Program-made: the position numbers and the translations under genes
The notes under the pieces: model-generated
What the model saw: only the letters and a program-made list of their open reading frames with translations
The model's database searches: none
What the model was told of the DNA's origin: nothing
From: a virus
DNA: 64,000 nucleotides
Reading direction: 5' to 3' (one strand)
IMG/VR virus record: IMGVR_UViG_3300046001_006396
Location: 1-64,000 of that record
Shown here: positions 29,567-38,958 of the stretch, one piece after another
Position numbering within the stretch: position 1 is the stretch's first letter
Layout of the letters: every line of letters begins with the position of its first letter

Positions 29567-30777
29567 TTTACTAAGTTTTTATAAATTTCTGCTCTATCTT
29601 TTGTCACTTTATTTAAGTCGTATGTGTCTTTAACCGTCTCATAAAGTCTCTGACCTAAGTCATATGCAAAATTAGGGTTGTCAATTAATTTTTTCATATA
29701 TTTAGACCAATCACTATGATTTCTTGCTTCGTCAACTAAAAGAGCATTTCCATCAACAAAGTTACCATCTTTTAATGAGTGTTTCAAGTCAATTGTGTAG
29801 GGACCAATGTTTGATGCGATAATTGCCTTTTTATAAAATCCAGCCTCAATTACTTTTAATTGTGATTTAACTCTATTAAATATGTGATTTTTAATTGGGG
29901 CTAATGATACATCAAACCATCTATAGTTAGACGCATAAGTTGTGACAGGTTTAGTCCAAACACGATTATAAAAAGGTAGTATATCTGAAACGTATTCCTC
30001 CTCTTTAAATTTCAATAAAAACTCTTTGTGTTTTGGGTCAACCATTGAATATTTGTCTGTAAATATTTCTTCATACCTTGCCCATACGGTTTCTTCAGGT
30101 CTAATGTCCCTTTGTTTTTGTTCTCCCGTTTGTTGGTTGATTTCAGTAACGGTACCTCTTGTATCAAATCCACAAAGATACATACTAAATTTATCTTTTA
30201 GTGGTTTTAATTTATTAATTGTACCATCCAACAATTTTAAATCATGCAAGTGGGATGACCCACCTAACCACCCAAACCTTAATTTGTCTGAAGGTAATGT
30301 TTCTGATTTAAATTGTGGCTCATTTGGGTTAATTGCGTTTGGTAGAATAAAAACGTTCTTATTAAACTTTGATATTTCTGACGCAAAAACACTTGTTGTT
30401 GTTGTAACATATCCCGCAACTTTTAAATTTTCAATAATTTTTTTATGTAAATTATTTTGAATAACTAATTGATGTACAGGGTGTTCTTTTGTTGGTAGCC
30501 AATAATCATCTAAATCCATAATTGTAATTAACCCTAAACCGTTTAGTCTTTGAATTAAATTCACAGAATTATCATATTCGTGACCAATAGTTCTATGAAA
30601 GTGTACGATGTCATATTGTTTCCAATAATTTAAATCATTTACTCTTGGTTCGTAATCAATATCTACGTGGAACTCATCAGGATGATTATTTTGTAATGCC
30701 ACGTGAGGGTCAATACTTCTAAATTTACCAACACCTGTCTTATCTGAAGGTAATACTAATACTCTTATTTTACTCAT
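29563..30777 (-). CDS. GT-B glycosyltransferase
   Basis: MDLDD, LPNAI, GWLGGSSH, DVSLAP...FNRVKSQLKVIEAG, IASNIGPY. Confidence 0.82.
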   Translation of the reverse strand: MSKIRVLVLPSDKTGVGKFRSIDPHVALQNNHPDEFHVDIDYEPRVNDLNYWKQYDIVHFHRTIGHEYDNSVNLIQRLNGLGLITIMDLDDYWLPTKEHPVHQLVIQNNLHKKIIENLKVAGYVTTTTSVFASEISKFNKNVFILPNAINPNEPQFKSETLPSDKLRFGWLGGSSHLHDLKLLDGTINKLKPLKDKFSMYLCGFDTRGTVTEINQQTGEQKQRDIRPEETVWARYEEIFTDKYSMVDPKHKEFLLKFKEEEYVSDILPFYNRVWTKPVTTYASNYRWFDVSLAPIKNHIFNRVKSQLKVIEAGFYKKAIIASNIGPYTIDLKHSLKDGNFVDGNALLVDEARNHSDWSKYMKKLIDNPNFAYDLGQRLYETVKDTYDLNKVTKDRAEIYKNLVK

Positions 30778-30811
30778 ATAAAAAATTATTTAAGTAAAAG
30801 ATAAGTTAAAT

Positions 30812-30842
30812 AAAATAAAAAATCCACCCTTTTGAGGTGGAT
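30812..30842 (-). terminator. Intrinsic terminator
   Basis: Minus strand ATCCACC-tcaaaag-GGTGGAT followed by a T-run, downstream of ORF 30864-31487. Confidence 0.75.
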
Positions 30843-30863
30843 ACTTTATGTAATATAGATATA

Positions 30864-31487
30864 TTATTTTTCTAATTTTTTAACTTTATTTACTTTACCA
30901 ATAAATAAATGTTGCCCCACTTTAAATTGTATTGTTTCGTTTGAGTTAGTCGTTGACTCAACTAACATCCCCGCTTGTTTTAATTCTTCTCTTACTACGT
31001 CTCTAACAGTATCTCTTACTACGTCTCTAATCATTGACTTCATTTCTGACATATTAATGTTATTACTTGCTCTTTGTTCTGATTCAGAAACCATTTGTTT
31101 TTTAGGTTGCTCGTTTGTTTTTGGTGTGCCTATATTCATTAATCTTTGAGCTCCTTGAATAACTTCTTCAGAAATTGTTGTGGACCCCATCATTGAACTT
31201 GGTTGGACGATTGGTTGCTCAATCATTAGTCTTTTAATTTCATCTGGTAATTTTGAATTGGCAATGCGACTTTCATCTAATGGTTTTGATGGGTCGTGTT
31301 GTGGTGGTGTGTATGTTTGTTCTTGAATAAATTCTTGTGGTAAATTATAAGTCGCCTGTGGAACATTAAAGTCTTCTACCATTGGCATATTTATATTTCT
31401 AACAGAACCAGGTTTAATTGATTCTGTTTTTTCCATTATTTTTTTTGAGACTGCTAATCTCTGCATTAAATCTTCTGCTGCTCCCAT
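30864..31487 (-). CDS. Hypothetical phage protein
   Basis: 207-aa ORF; SKLPDEIKRLMIEQP segment; RDVV repeats. Confidence 0.65.
   Translation of the reverse strand: MGAAEDLMQRLAVSKKIMEKTESIKPGSVRNINMPMVEDFNVPQATYNLPQEFIQEQTYTPPQHDPSKPLDESRIANSKLPDEIKRLMIEQPIVQPSSMMGSTTISEEVIQGAQRLMNIGTPKTNEQPKKQMVSESEQRASNNINMSEMKSMIRDVVRDTVRDVVREELKQAGMLVESTTNSNETIQFKVGQHLFIGKVNKVKKLEK
30988..31030. repeat. 19-nt perfect direct repeat, 24-nt period, inside CDS
   Basis: tctcttactacgtctctaa at 30988-31006 and 31012-31030, encoding RDVVRDTVRDVVRE. Confidence 0.85.
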
Positions 31488-31488
31488 A

Positions 31489-31890
31489 TTATGCTATATT
31501 ATCTTGGTTATCAAATTTGGCGTTTACAATAACTCTAGTCATAGATTTATCCCCATTTTTATTGTAATTTGGCCTTTCTACATAAAAATTATCTCTAGTT
31601 GGTTTATAAGTAAAGATTTTATCTAATCTAAAAAATCTCCACCCTGGTAAATAATTACCCTCATTTCTATCTGAAAACGACGAACCTTCAGTTTCCCAAG
31701 CTCTTAAAACTAAATTACCCTTTTTACTAACACCTAAACAAACAGGTTCAATGGTTCTATACCCTTTACCCCCATTATCTTTTCCGTCATAATAAATTAT
31801 AACCAATTTTTTTTGCTTGATGCTATTTTGAACACTATCAATTGATGCTGCTTCGGTAATTAAATTAGAAAGACTATTAATTAGTTTCAT
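31489..31890 (-). CDS. Stand-alone WYL-domain protein
   Basis: VIIYY...RTIEPVCLG...LVLRAW...WRFFRLDKI; no HTH domain. Confidence 0.8.
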   Translation of the reverse strand: MKLINSLSNLITEAASIDSVQNSIKQKKLVIIYYDGKDNGGKGYRTIEPVCLGVSKKGNLVLRAWETEGSSFSDRNEGNYLPGWRFFRLDKIFTYKPTRDNFYVERPNYNKNGDKSMTRVIVNAKFDNQDNIA

Positions 31891-32180
31891 TTAACTGAGT
31901 AGTAAGGGTTATTTGTTGAGTATTTATTAATTTTTAAATCTTCTTTTCTATCCATTCTGTCAGAACTTGTTCCTGCATTTTGATTATATATATCTAAATC
32001 TCCACCAGTTCCTCTACCAATTTTATCCCCATCGGCAAGTGCGTCAGGATGGACTGAAGAATATTGGTCAGAAGGGTTAAAATCATTTCTAGGAAATAAT
32101 CTTTTTCTTTGTTCTTCGGCGATTCTTGATAATTCATTATTAGGTTGTGAAAAATCAAGTTTATCTGATTGTATTGCCAT
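31887..32180 (-). CDS. Hypothetical protein
   Basis: 97-aa ORF in coupled operon. Confidence 0.6.
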   Translation of the reverse strand: MAIQSDKLDFSQPNNELSRIAEEQRKRLFPRNDFNPSDQYSSVHPDALADGDKIGRGTGGDLDIYNQNAGTSSDRMDRKEDLKINKYSTNNPYYSVK

Positions 32181-32632
32181 TATCCTATATTTTTAATTAG
32201 TTTATTTATTCTTACTATACTTTCTTTTATTTTTAAATCGTCAGTAGTTGTTGTGTGTTTATCATTTAAATTAAAACTATTTTTTTGATGACCGTCTAAA
32301 TATTGGTTTTGCATTCCAGAATCCGATTTTATTTTTTTACTTGACCCGTCATCATCTCTCCAAACCCTTAATACTTCATCACACCATGTTTTCATTCTTT
32401 CAGAACCATTTAATACGAAAGGGGCGTCTTCCTTATTTCCACTATACCCATCAAACCAATTTTTTATTCTTTTGATTTGTTGGTATGTTGCAACACCACT
32501 ATTAACCAATTCTTGATTTCTATTATATCCTTCCGTGTTTGAATTTCCGTTAACAGAATTAAAACAATCCTTTAAATGTTTAATTAAAGAATCGGGTAGT
32601 TTAGCCTTTCTATCGTATAAGTTACTGTTCAT
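32180..32632 (-). CDS. Hypothetical protein
   Basis: 150-aa ORF in coupled operon. Confidence 0.6.
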   Translation of the reverse strand: MNSNLYDRKAKLPDSLIKHLKDCFNSVNGNSNTEGYNRNQELVNSGVATYQQIKRIKNWFDGYSGNKEDAPFVLNGSERMKTWCDEVLRVWRDDDGSSKKIKSDSGMQNQYLDGHQKNSFNLNDKHTTTTDDLKIKESIVRINKLIKNIG

Positions 32633-33344
32633 CTTTAATTAATCTTATTAATTTTTCAATATTAATACCATTTTTTAATGCCATATTTTTTAAAGAACGA
32701 ATATTCTTTTTAAGTAGGTTATTAGTTTTTATTTCTTTTTCTTTGTCAATAATAATATCCTCCTCAACCTCATCAGATTCTTTTTCTTTTATTATTTCTC
32801 TATCTATAAATCCTTTCTTTTTTCTAATATGTAAAGGTGCCCTTTTAGTTCTTTTTCCTGACGGGTCTTTACCAAATTGCATTGTTCTTTCTTTTGCCTC
32901 ATCTTCATCGTCTAACTTTTTTTCAAAATATTTTAAAGTTTCTTCAGCATCTAAATTTTTTGTTTTTTCATAACCAAATGCCTTAGACATATCAATCTCT
33001 TTAACATGACTTTCACCGAAGTACCGACCTCTTAAAAATATATCTCTTGCGTTTCTTGTTGCTGGAACAATTTTATCTGTTGTTGTTGATCCTTGTATTG
33101 TTGATGCCGGATCAAGTATTGGCATGCTTGAACTTAACCAAGTACCATCAGCATCAACCAATTCGGTTACCTCTTCTTCTGACCCCGATTTTTTAGATTC
33201 CAACTTTGACTTAAAAATTTTATGAGATTTACAAGGCATATATATTTTTTTATCACCATCTTCGTGAGTATGATATCCAGTACACCCTATAGTCCTTGAA
33301 ACTCTTTGGGCCCTTTCTTTTGTTGAATATTTATATGATTTCAT
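32622..33344 (-). CDS. Hypothetical protein with small N-terminal Cys/His motif
   Basis: IGCTGYHTH...YMPCKSH (possible metal-binding module); highly charged remainder. Confidence 0.6.
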   Translation of the reverse strand: MKSYKYSTKERAQRVSRTIGCTGYHTHEDGDKKIYMPCKSHKIFKSKLESKKSGSEEEVTELVDADGTWLSSSMPILDPASTIQGSTTTDKIVPATRNARDIFLRGRYFGESHVKEIDMSKAFGYEKTKNLDAEETLKYFEKKLDDEDEAKERTMQFGKDPSGKRTKRAPLHIRKKKGFIDREIIKEKESDEVEEDIIIDKEKEIKTNNLLKKNIRSLKNMALKNGINIEKLIRLIKDEQ

Positions 33345-33357
33345 ATATGCTTTTACC

Positions 33358-33384
33358 TATAAATACTACGATTAAAGTATTTAT
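33358..33384. promoter_or_regulatory. Back-to-back TATTTAT(A) motifs for divergent genes
   Basis: Minus-strand TATTTATA at 33358-33365 (13 nt before ATG 33344) and plus-strand TATTTAT at 33378-33384 (12 nt before ATG 33397). Confidence 0.6.
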
Positions 33385-33396
33385 CTTAAAAAAAGG

Positions 33397-35271
33397 ATGC
33401 CGACCCAAAACATTAATAATTACTTTAAGACTAAATATCATTCAAAATTAGATAATAATCATTATTTTGATTTGACTTTAGCTTCGGACGAAAGAGACTA
33501 CGATGAAGAAGTGGTCTTCTCTACCGACATTATTGCATATAATGACGGAGACAGGCTACCAATATTAATTGATTTAAGTGATAGTAATACATCAATACAA
33601 CCACTAATATCGTATGGTCAATATATTTCTGGAAACACTTTAGTTTCAAAAAATTATTATAACCCAAACAATTTAGATTTAACTTGTTTGTCGGCATTTA
33701 CAGAAACTTGTGATATTGGTTTGGTTGGTACCGATAATGGTTTGTTCAGGACTATGTCAGGACAAACGTTATACTACACAATGGGTATTAGAAATGACTA
33801 TAAATTTAATCCACATTATAGAGATAGAAGATTTAAAATGCATCCTGTAACAGGATACACCCAATCACCAAATGTTGTTTTTTCAGGTAGACCAAAAAAC
33901 GTTTTATATAATATTGTTTCAGGAACTTCTGCGAACGTGACTTACTATCAGGAATTATACGGAGGGTTTTATCAAGGGTTTTATAAATTAAATGGGTATG
34001 ATTACGAAGTTTTCCCTGAAAGGGTTAACAAAGGATGGTCTGTTGAAATGATGCTTAGGCCAAGACGTGTTGATTTATATAGTTATAACCCACTAAGTCA
34101 ACAATATTTAAATGATATCTACCCTGAAAATGAGGGAACATTTTTTTATTTTGGTACAAGATCGGAAAACAAATATTTTCATTATCCCGACGGAACAAAT
34201 GACGGAGATAGTGGATACACAAGAGTAACTTCAGGATTTACTTGTTTTGAAAGTTGTAAATGTTCAAATAGTGCGGTAACAAATGCTGACTGTGTTAGTG
34301 TTTATCCTGTTTCAGGAACAACTACAGAACATAATATTGGGTGTAATTGTGGTTGTGCGTCAACATACCAAGTTTCATTACCTGAAACTGATCCTAAATT
34401 TGACGTACTATCAAACGCTCTATCATTTAGATTTGATGGGTGTTCGGTTAATCCTAGTATCGCCGTTAAATATATAAAAATAACAGGAGATTGTGTAACA
34501 ACAGGAACGTGTAGTACGACAGGAGTCACATTCCAAACAGGATATACAATAAATGAAATTATCTCGCCACCAATATATAATATTTGTTCATATAACTGTA
34601 ACGACGTTGTTGATGATAGATGGGTTATGATAAGTGCGGTTTTTGAAAGATATGAATACTTAGAAGATTGTGATTTATTAAATAAAGGTGGAGTTAACGA
34701 TTTATTGACTGTTACATACCAATCTTCAATTGATAAACAAAGTTATAAATTAATTTCACCTCCTGAAACACATTCAGGATCAACAATGGAACCAAAAATT
34801 TATAAAATAGATTTTAATAGAAAATGGTTTGATGAAATCAAATATAGGTTAGGAAAATTAAAAATTTATGTTAATGGATATCTATTAATGATTATTGAGG
34901 ATTTTGAGGAAATAATACCTAGACAATTAAATACGGAAAAAGAAAAACAAGTTGGTGTTCCTTTTAATATATCATTTGGGGGCGGGACTCAAGGTCTGCA
35001 TGACCATCTAATATTTTCAGGTTGTTCATTACCTAACGGACCATATGTACAGGACCCTGAATTATTTCCTACTGATATTTTATCTGCTACAACTTTAAGT
35101 GGTTTGAGTAGTGATATATTAATAGAACAAAACTTTGGGGGGTCTTTTATGGGGGCAATTTCACAATTTAGAATGTATGTTGAACCTTTAAGTTCCCCAC
35201 AAGTACAACATAATTTTAGAATATTAAAAGACAAATATAATCTATTAGATTATTGGTGTCCTGATTGTTAA
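33397..35271 (+). CDS. Cys-rich putative virion protein with LamG/concanavalin-like beta-sandwich elements
   Basis: WSVEMMLRP, WVMISAVF, KLKIYVNG, FMGAISQFRMY..PLS; 18 Cys; many [ST]GxT motifs. Confidence 0.55.
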   Translation: MPTQNINNYFKTKYHSKLDNNHYFDLTLASDERDYDEEVVFSTDIIAYNDGDRLPILIDLSDSNTSIQPLISYGQYISGNTLVSKNYYNPNNLDLTCLSAFTETCDIGLVGTDNGLFRTMSGQTLYYTMGIRNDYKFNPHYRDRRFKMHPVTGYTQSPNVVFSGRPKNVLYNIVSGTSANVTYYQELYGGFYQGFYKLNGYDYEVFPERVNKGWSVEMMLRPRRVDLYSYNPLSQQYLNDIYPENEGTFFYFGTRSENKYFHYPDGTNDGDSGYTRVTSGFTCFESCKCSNSAVTNADCVSVYPVSGTTTEHNIGCNCGCASTYQVSLPETDPKFDVLSNALSFRFDGCSVNPSIAVKYIKITGDCVTTGTCSTTGVTFQTGYTINEIISPPIYNICSYNCNDVVDDRWVMISAVFERYEYLEDCDLLNKGGVNDLLTVTYQSSIDKQSYKLISPPETHSGSTMEPKIYKIDFNRKWFDEIKYRLGKLKIYVNGYLLMIIEDFEEIIPRQLNTEKEKQVGVPFNISFGGGTQGLHDHLIFSGCSLPNGPYVQDPELFPTDILSATTLSGLSSDILIEQNFGGSFMGAISQFRMYVEPLSSPQVQHNFRILKDKYNLLDYWCPDC

Positions 35272-35281
35272 TACATTTAAT

Positions 35282-35635
35282 ATGGAATTTTTTATACAAC
35301 AAAACTCAAGTTTACCAATCCTTAAAATGGATGTGGTTAAAGACGGAAGAACAGATTCTACAATTAACCTATATGAAATATTGGATAATAGTAACATTAG
35401 ATTTTCTATGAAAAATATTGATAATGGTACTCAAAAAATATTTATGCAACCAGCTTATCTAACGGAAAAAACTGGAATAAGTGATTACTCACCAAAAGAA
35501 TATTACATTTATTATAAATGGGCACCAAAAGACACGAATAAAAAAGGGAGGTATGTAGGTGAATTTTTACTTGTATTGGAAAATGGAGAACTAATAACCC
35601 CAATACGAGAAAATTTATACATCAATATTATTTGA
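35282..35635 (+). CDS. BppU-like (baseplate upper protein N-terminal-like) domain protein
   Basis: FFIQQNSSLPIL, IRFSM, YYKW...DT...GRYVGEF. Confidence 0.5.
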   Translation: MEFFIQQNSSLPILKMDVVKDGRTDSTINLYEILDNSNIRFSMKNIDNGTQKIFMQPAYLTEKTGISDYSPKEYYIYYKWAPKDTNKKGRYVGEFLLVLENGELITPIRENLYINII

Positions 35636-35661
35636 CATTTTAGGGTTTAAATCGTATTTAT
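35632..35661 (+). promoter_or_regulatory. Promoter upstream of DNA polymerase: TTGACA-N17-TATTTAT
   Basis: TTGACA at 35632-35637, 17-nt spacer, TATTTAT at 35655-35661. Confidence 0.55.
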
Positions 35662-35722
35662 TAGGTAAGGGAAATCACATCTTAGTTGTGAGTATAATAA
35701 CCCAAACTTAAAAAATATAATT

Positions 35723-38623
35723 ATGGTTCCACAAGAAGAAATTGAACGTTTTCTATTAGGAGAAGACGATGAAAAATATATCGTATCGTTAGAATACGAT
35801 TACAAATCCTCAAAAATTTATAAAGTTATTCAAGACCCCGTTAAAGGTAAACTTTTACGTATGGACACATTTATTCCATTTGCTTGGGTTGGTGACCTTA
35901 AAAGTAAAAACTTTTATAAGGGTAATAAAGACCTTCAAAAAAAGGCAATGTCTGAAAACGGCATCATCATAGAAAAATTAGAGGACAAGGGAGATGAAAG
36001 ATTAAAGAGTGGTTTGACTTTTATGGTTAAATCTACCAAGTCGTATTCAAACCTTGTAAACTTTTTTAAAATGGGTGGACTTGACCCTTGGGGTAGGGAT
36101 AATTCAGATGTGATTACAATTTTATCTCCTGTTGAACAATACCTAATCCAAAAAAGTAAAAGGTTATTTAAAGGGTTTGACGAATACGATGAGATTCACA
36201 GATTTGTATTTGATATTGAGACCACGGGTTTAGACCCAAAAACAAGTAAAATGTTTTTGATTGGGATGAAAGACAACCGTGGTTTTATAAAATTATTATC
36301 TGCACAAAACGAAGATGAGGAAAGACAAATGATTGTTGAGTTTTTTAGAACAATTGATGAATTAAAGCCGTCACTCATTGGTGGGTACAACTCGGCATTC
36401 TTTGACTTCCCATACATTTTAAAAAGAGCGGAAATATTAAAACTAAACATTAAAAAGATATCAAAAACTTTACATCCTGATTATTCTTTAAAACAAAAGG
36501 ATGGAATTTTAAAGTTGGCAAATGAGATGGAACCTTATGTTCAAACTCAAATGTGGGGATATAATATTGTTGATATTGCACACGCAGTTCGTAGAGCTCA
36601 AGCAATCAACTCAGATATTAAAAGTTGGTCCTTGAAGTATATAACCAAATTTATTGAAGCAGAAAAAGAAAATCGTGTCTATGTTGACGGTGATAAGATT
36701 GGTAAAATCTATTTTGATAATGAGGATTATTGGATGAATAAAGAAAATGGTAATTATAAAAAGGTTGGTATTAATGAAAAAATAGATAGTATTTGTTCAA
36801 GAAGAGATGATGTCTATTTTAAAACTAACGGTTCAAAAATTATTGAGGATTATCTTGACGATGACTTATATGAAACAATGGTTGTTGACGAACAGTTCAA
36901 TCAAGCAAACTTTTTACTTTCTAAACTTGTACCAACAACATATGAAAGGCTATCAACAATGGGTACCGCCACATTATGGAAAATGATTATGTGTGCGTGG
37001 TCATATAAACATAATTTAGCAATTCCAAAGAAAAAAGAAAAACGAAAATTTACAGGAGGTCTTTCTCGTTTGGTTCAGGTTGGTTACTCAAGAAACGTAT
37101 TGAAACTTGACTACTCGTCACTATATCCATCTATTCAGTTGGTTCACGATGTGTTTCCTTCTTGTGACGTTACGGGAGCGATGAAGAGTATGTTAAAGTA
37201 TTTCCGTGATACTCGTATTAAATACAAGAACTTGGCTGGTGAATATAAATCAATAGACTTAAAGGCGTCAATTTCATATGATAGAAAACAGTTACCAATT
37301 AAAATCTTTATTAACGCATTCTTTGGTTCGTTATCCGCCCCTCACGTATTTCCTTGGGGTGATATTGATATGGGTGAACAGATTACTTGTACGGGTAGAC
37401 AGTATCTTCGTCAGATGATTATGTACTTTATGAAACGAGGTTACGTTCCTTTGGTAATGGATACGGATGGTGTTAACTTTGAAACTCCTAAAGATAGGGA
37501 GACCTACACATATGTCGGTAAAGGATTAAACGGTTTGGTTAAACAGGGTAAAGAATATGTAGGTGCAGAAGCAGATGTTGCAGAATACAATGACTTATTT
37601 ATGAGAAATGAAATGGGTCTTGATATTGATGGTGTATGGCCAGCAACTATTAACGTTGCCCGTAAAAACTACGCATTACTTACAGATAAAGGTAAAGTTA
37701 AACTTACAGGTAACTCAATTAAATCTAAAAAACTTCAAACATATGTTGCAGAGTTTTTGGATAAAGGATTAAGAATGTTACTTGATGGTAAAGGTGGAGA
37801 GTTTTTAGATTTCTATTATGAATATGTAAGTAAAATTTATAATAGAGAAATACCACTTGCAAAGATTGCAAATAAGGCCCGTGTTAAACAATCAATTGAT
37901 GACTATAAAGTTCATGTCACAAAAACAACCAAATCAGGAAGTTTAATGTCACGTCAAGCGCATATGGAACTTTTAATTAATAACGGTAAAAACCCAGGAT
38001 TGGGTGATACTATCTTCTATGTTAATAATGGTGAAAAGAAATCTCACGGGGACGTTCAAAAGAAAACAACCAAGATGACTAAAAAACAAATTGAGGATTA
38101 CACAAATATTCACGGAGCGGTTCCACCTGAAATGTTATCAAAAAGTGAGGTTATTTTGAATTGTTATATGATTGATGAAAAAGAGATTGAAAACAATCCT
38201 GACTTGTTGGGTGAATATAATGTACCAAGATATTTGGCATCATTTAACAAAAGAATTGAACCCCTACTTGTTGTGTATAGTCCTGACATTAGACAAGACA
38301 TTTTAATTGAGGACCCCAAAGACCAACCAATATTTACTAAATCCCAAACAGAATTAGGAAGAGGGTTTCCGATGAAAGAAAAGGACCAAGATAACTTAGA
38401 TGAGGTTTTGACTTTATCTGATATGGAAATTAACTTTTGGCAATCTGTTGGTATTGACCCGTATTATATGTACATAGACGATACCATTAATTTAGTGGAT
38501 ATAGATAGAGTTAATCACAATAATAAATTAATGATTGAAACTAAAAGAGTTGAGAAGGTTGACGAGGACGATATCTTTGAATATGATGTAGATGGGGATT
38601 TAATGACCCACATTTTTGATTAA
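35723..38623 (+). CDS. polB: Family B DNA polymerase with 3'-5' exonuclease domain
   Basis: FDIETTGL, GYNSAFFD, LDYSSLYPSI, KIFINAFFG, MDTDG, KNYA. Confidence 0.95.
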   Translation: MVPQEEIERFLLGEDDEKYIVSLEYDYKSSKIYKVIQDPVKGKLLRMDTFIPFAWVGDLKSKNFYKGNKDLQKKAMSENGIIIEKLEDKGDERLKSGLTFMVKSTKSYSNLVNFFKMGGLDPWGRDNSDVITILSPVEQYLIQKSKRLFKGFDEYDEIHRFVFDIETTGLDPKTSKMFLIGMKDNRGFIKLLSAQNEDEERQMIVEFFRTIDELKPSLIGGYNSAFFDFPYILKRAEILKLNIKKISKTLHPDYSLKQKDGILKLANEMEPYVQTQMWGYNIVDIAHAVRRAQAINSDIKSWSLKYITKFIEAEKENRVYVDGDKIGKIYFDNEDYWMNKENGNYKKVGINEKIDSICSRRDDVYFKTNGSKIIEDYLDDDLYETMVVDEQFNQANFLLSKLVPTTYERLSTMGTATLWKMIMCAWSYKHNLAIPKKKEKRKFTGGLSRLVQVGYSRNVLKLDYSSLYPSIQLVHDVFPSCDVTGAMKSMLKYFRDTRIKYKNLAGEYKSIDLKASISYDRKQLPIKIFINAFFGSLSAPHVFPWGDIDMGEQITCTGRQYLRQMIMYFMKRGYVPLVMDTDGVNFETPKDRETYTYVGKGLNGLVKQGKEYVGAEADVAEYNDLFMRNEMGLDIDGVWPATINVARKNYALLTDKGKVKLTGNSIKSKKLQTYVAEFLDKGLRMLLDGKGGEFLDFYYEYVSKIYNREIPLAKIANKARVKQSIDDYKVHVTKTTKSGSLMSRQAHMELLINNGKNPGLGDTIFYVNNGEKKSHGDVQKKTTKMTKKQIEDYTNIHGAVPPEMLSKSEVILNCYMIDEKEIENNPDLLGEYNVPRYLASFNKRIEPLLVVYSPDIRQDILIEDPKDQPIFTKSQTELGRGFPMKEKDQDNLDEVLTLSDMEINFWQSVGIDPYYMYIDDTINLVDIDRVNHNNKLMIETKRVEKVDEDDIFEYDVDGDLMTHIFD

Positions 38624-38952
38624 GAATTTTTTAGACCGTCGGAGGATAGAATATACCAATATTCTCCGACTTTTTTAAACTCCACACAAGAACCTTTATC
38701 TAACTCAACCTCATTAAATTCCTCGTCTATTTTTTTATCACTACTAACAATAACATGAGTTAATGATTTAACGACAACGTGGTCTGTTGTATTTGAATCT
38801 AAAAATAAATTACAAGAATCAACACCTTTTACTATTATTGTATATTCACCATTTGTTGAGTAATCTCCGTTTGATAAAATAATAGAATCTGATGTTTTAA
38901 TCTCATAACCATTAATGATTCTTAAAGATGGTTGAGATCTAAAAATAGCCAT
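38620..38952 (-). CDS. Small beta-rich hypothetical protein, possibly virion
   Basis: 110-aa ORF downstream of the neck gene. Confidence 0.55.
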   Translation of the reverse strand: MAIFRSQPSLRIINGYEIKTSDSIILSNGDYSTNGEYTIIVKGVDSCNLFLDSNTTDHVVVKSLTHVIVSSDKKIDEEFNEVELDKGSCVEFKKVGEYWYILSSDGLKNS

Positions 38953-38958
38953 AATAAA

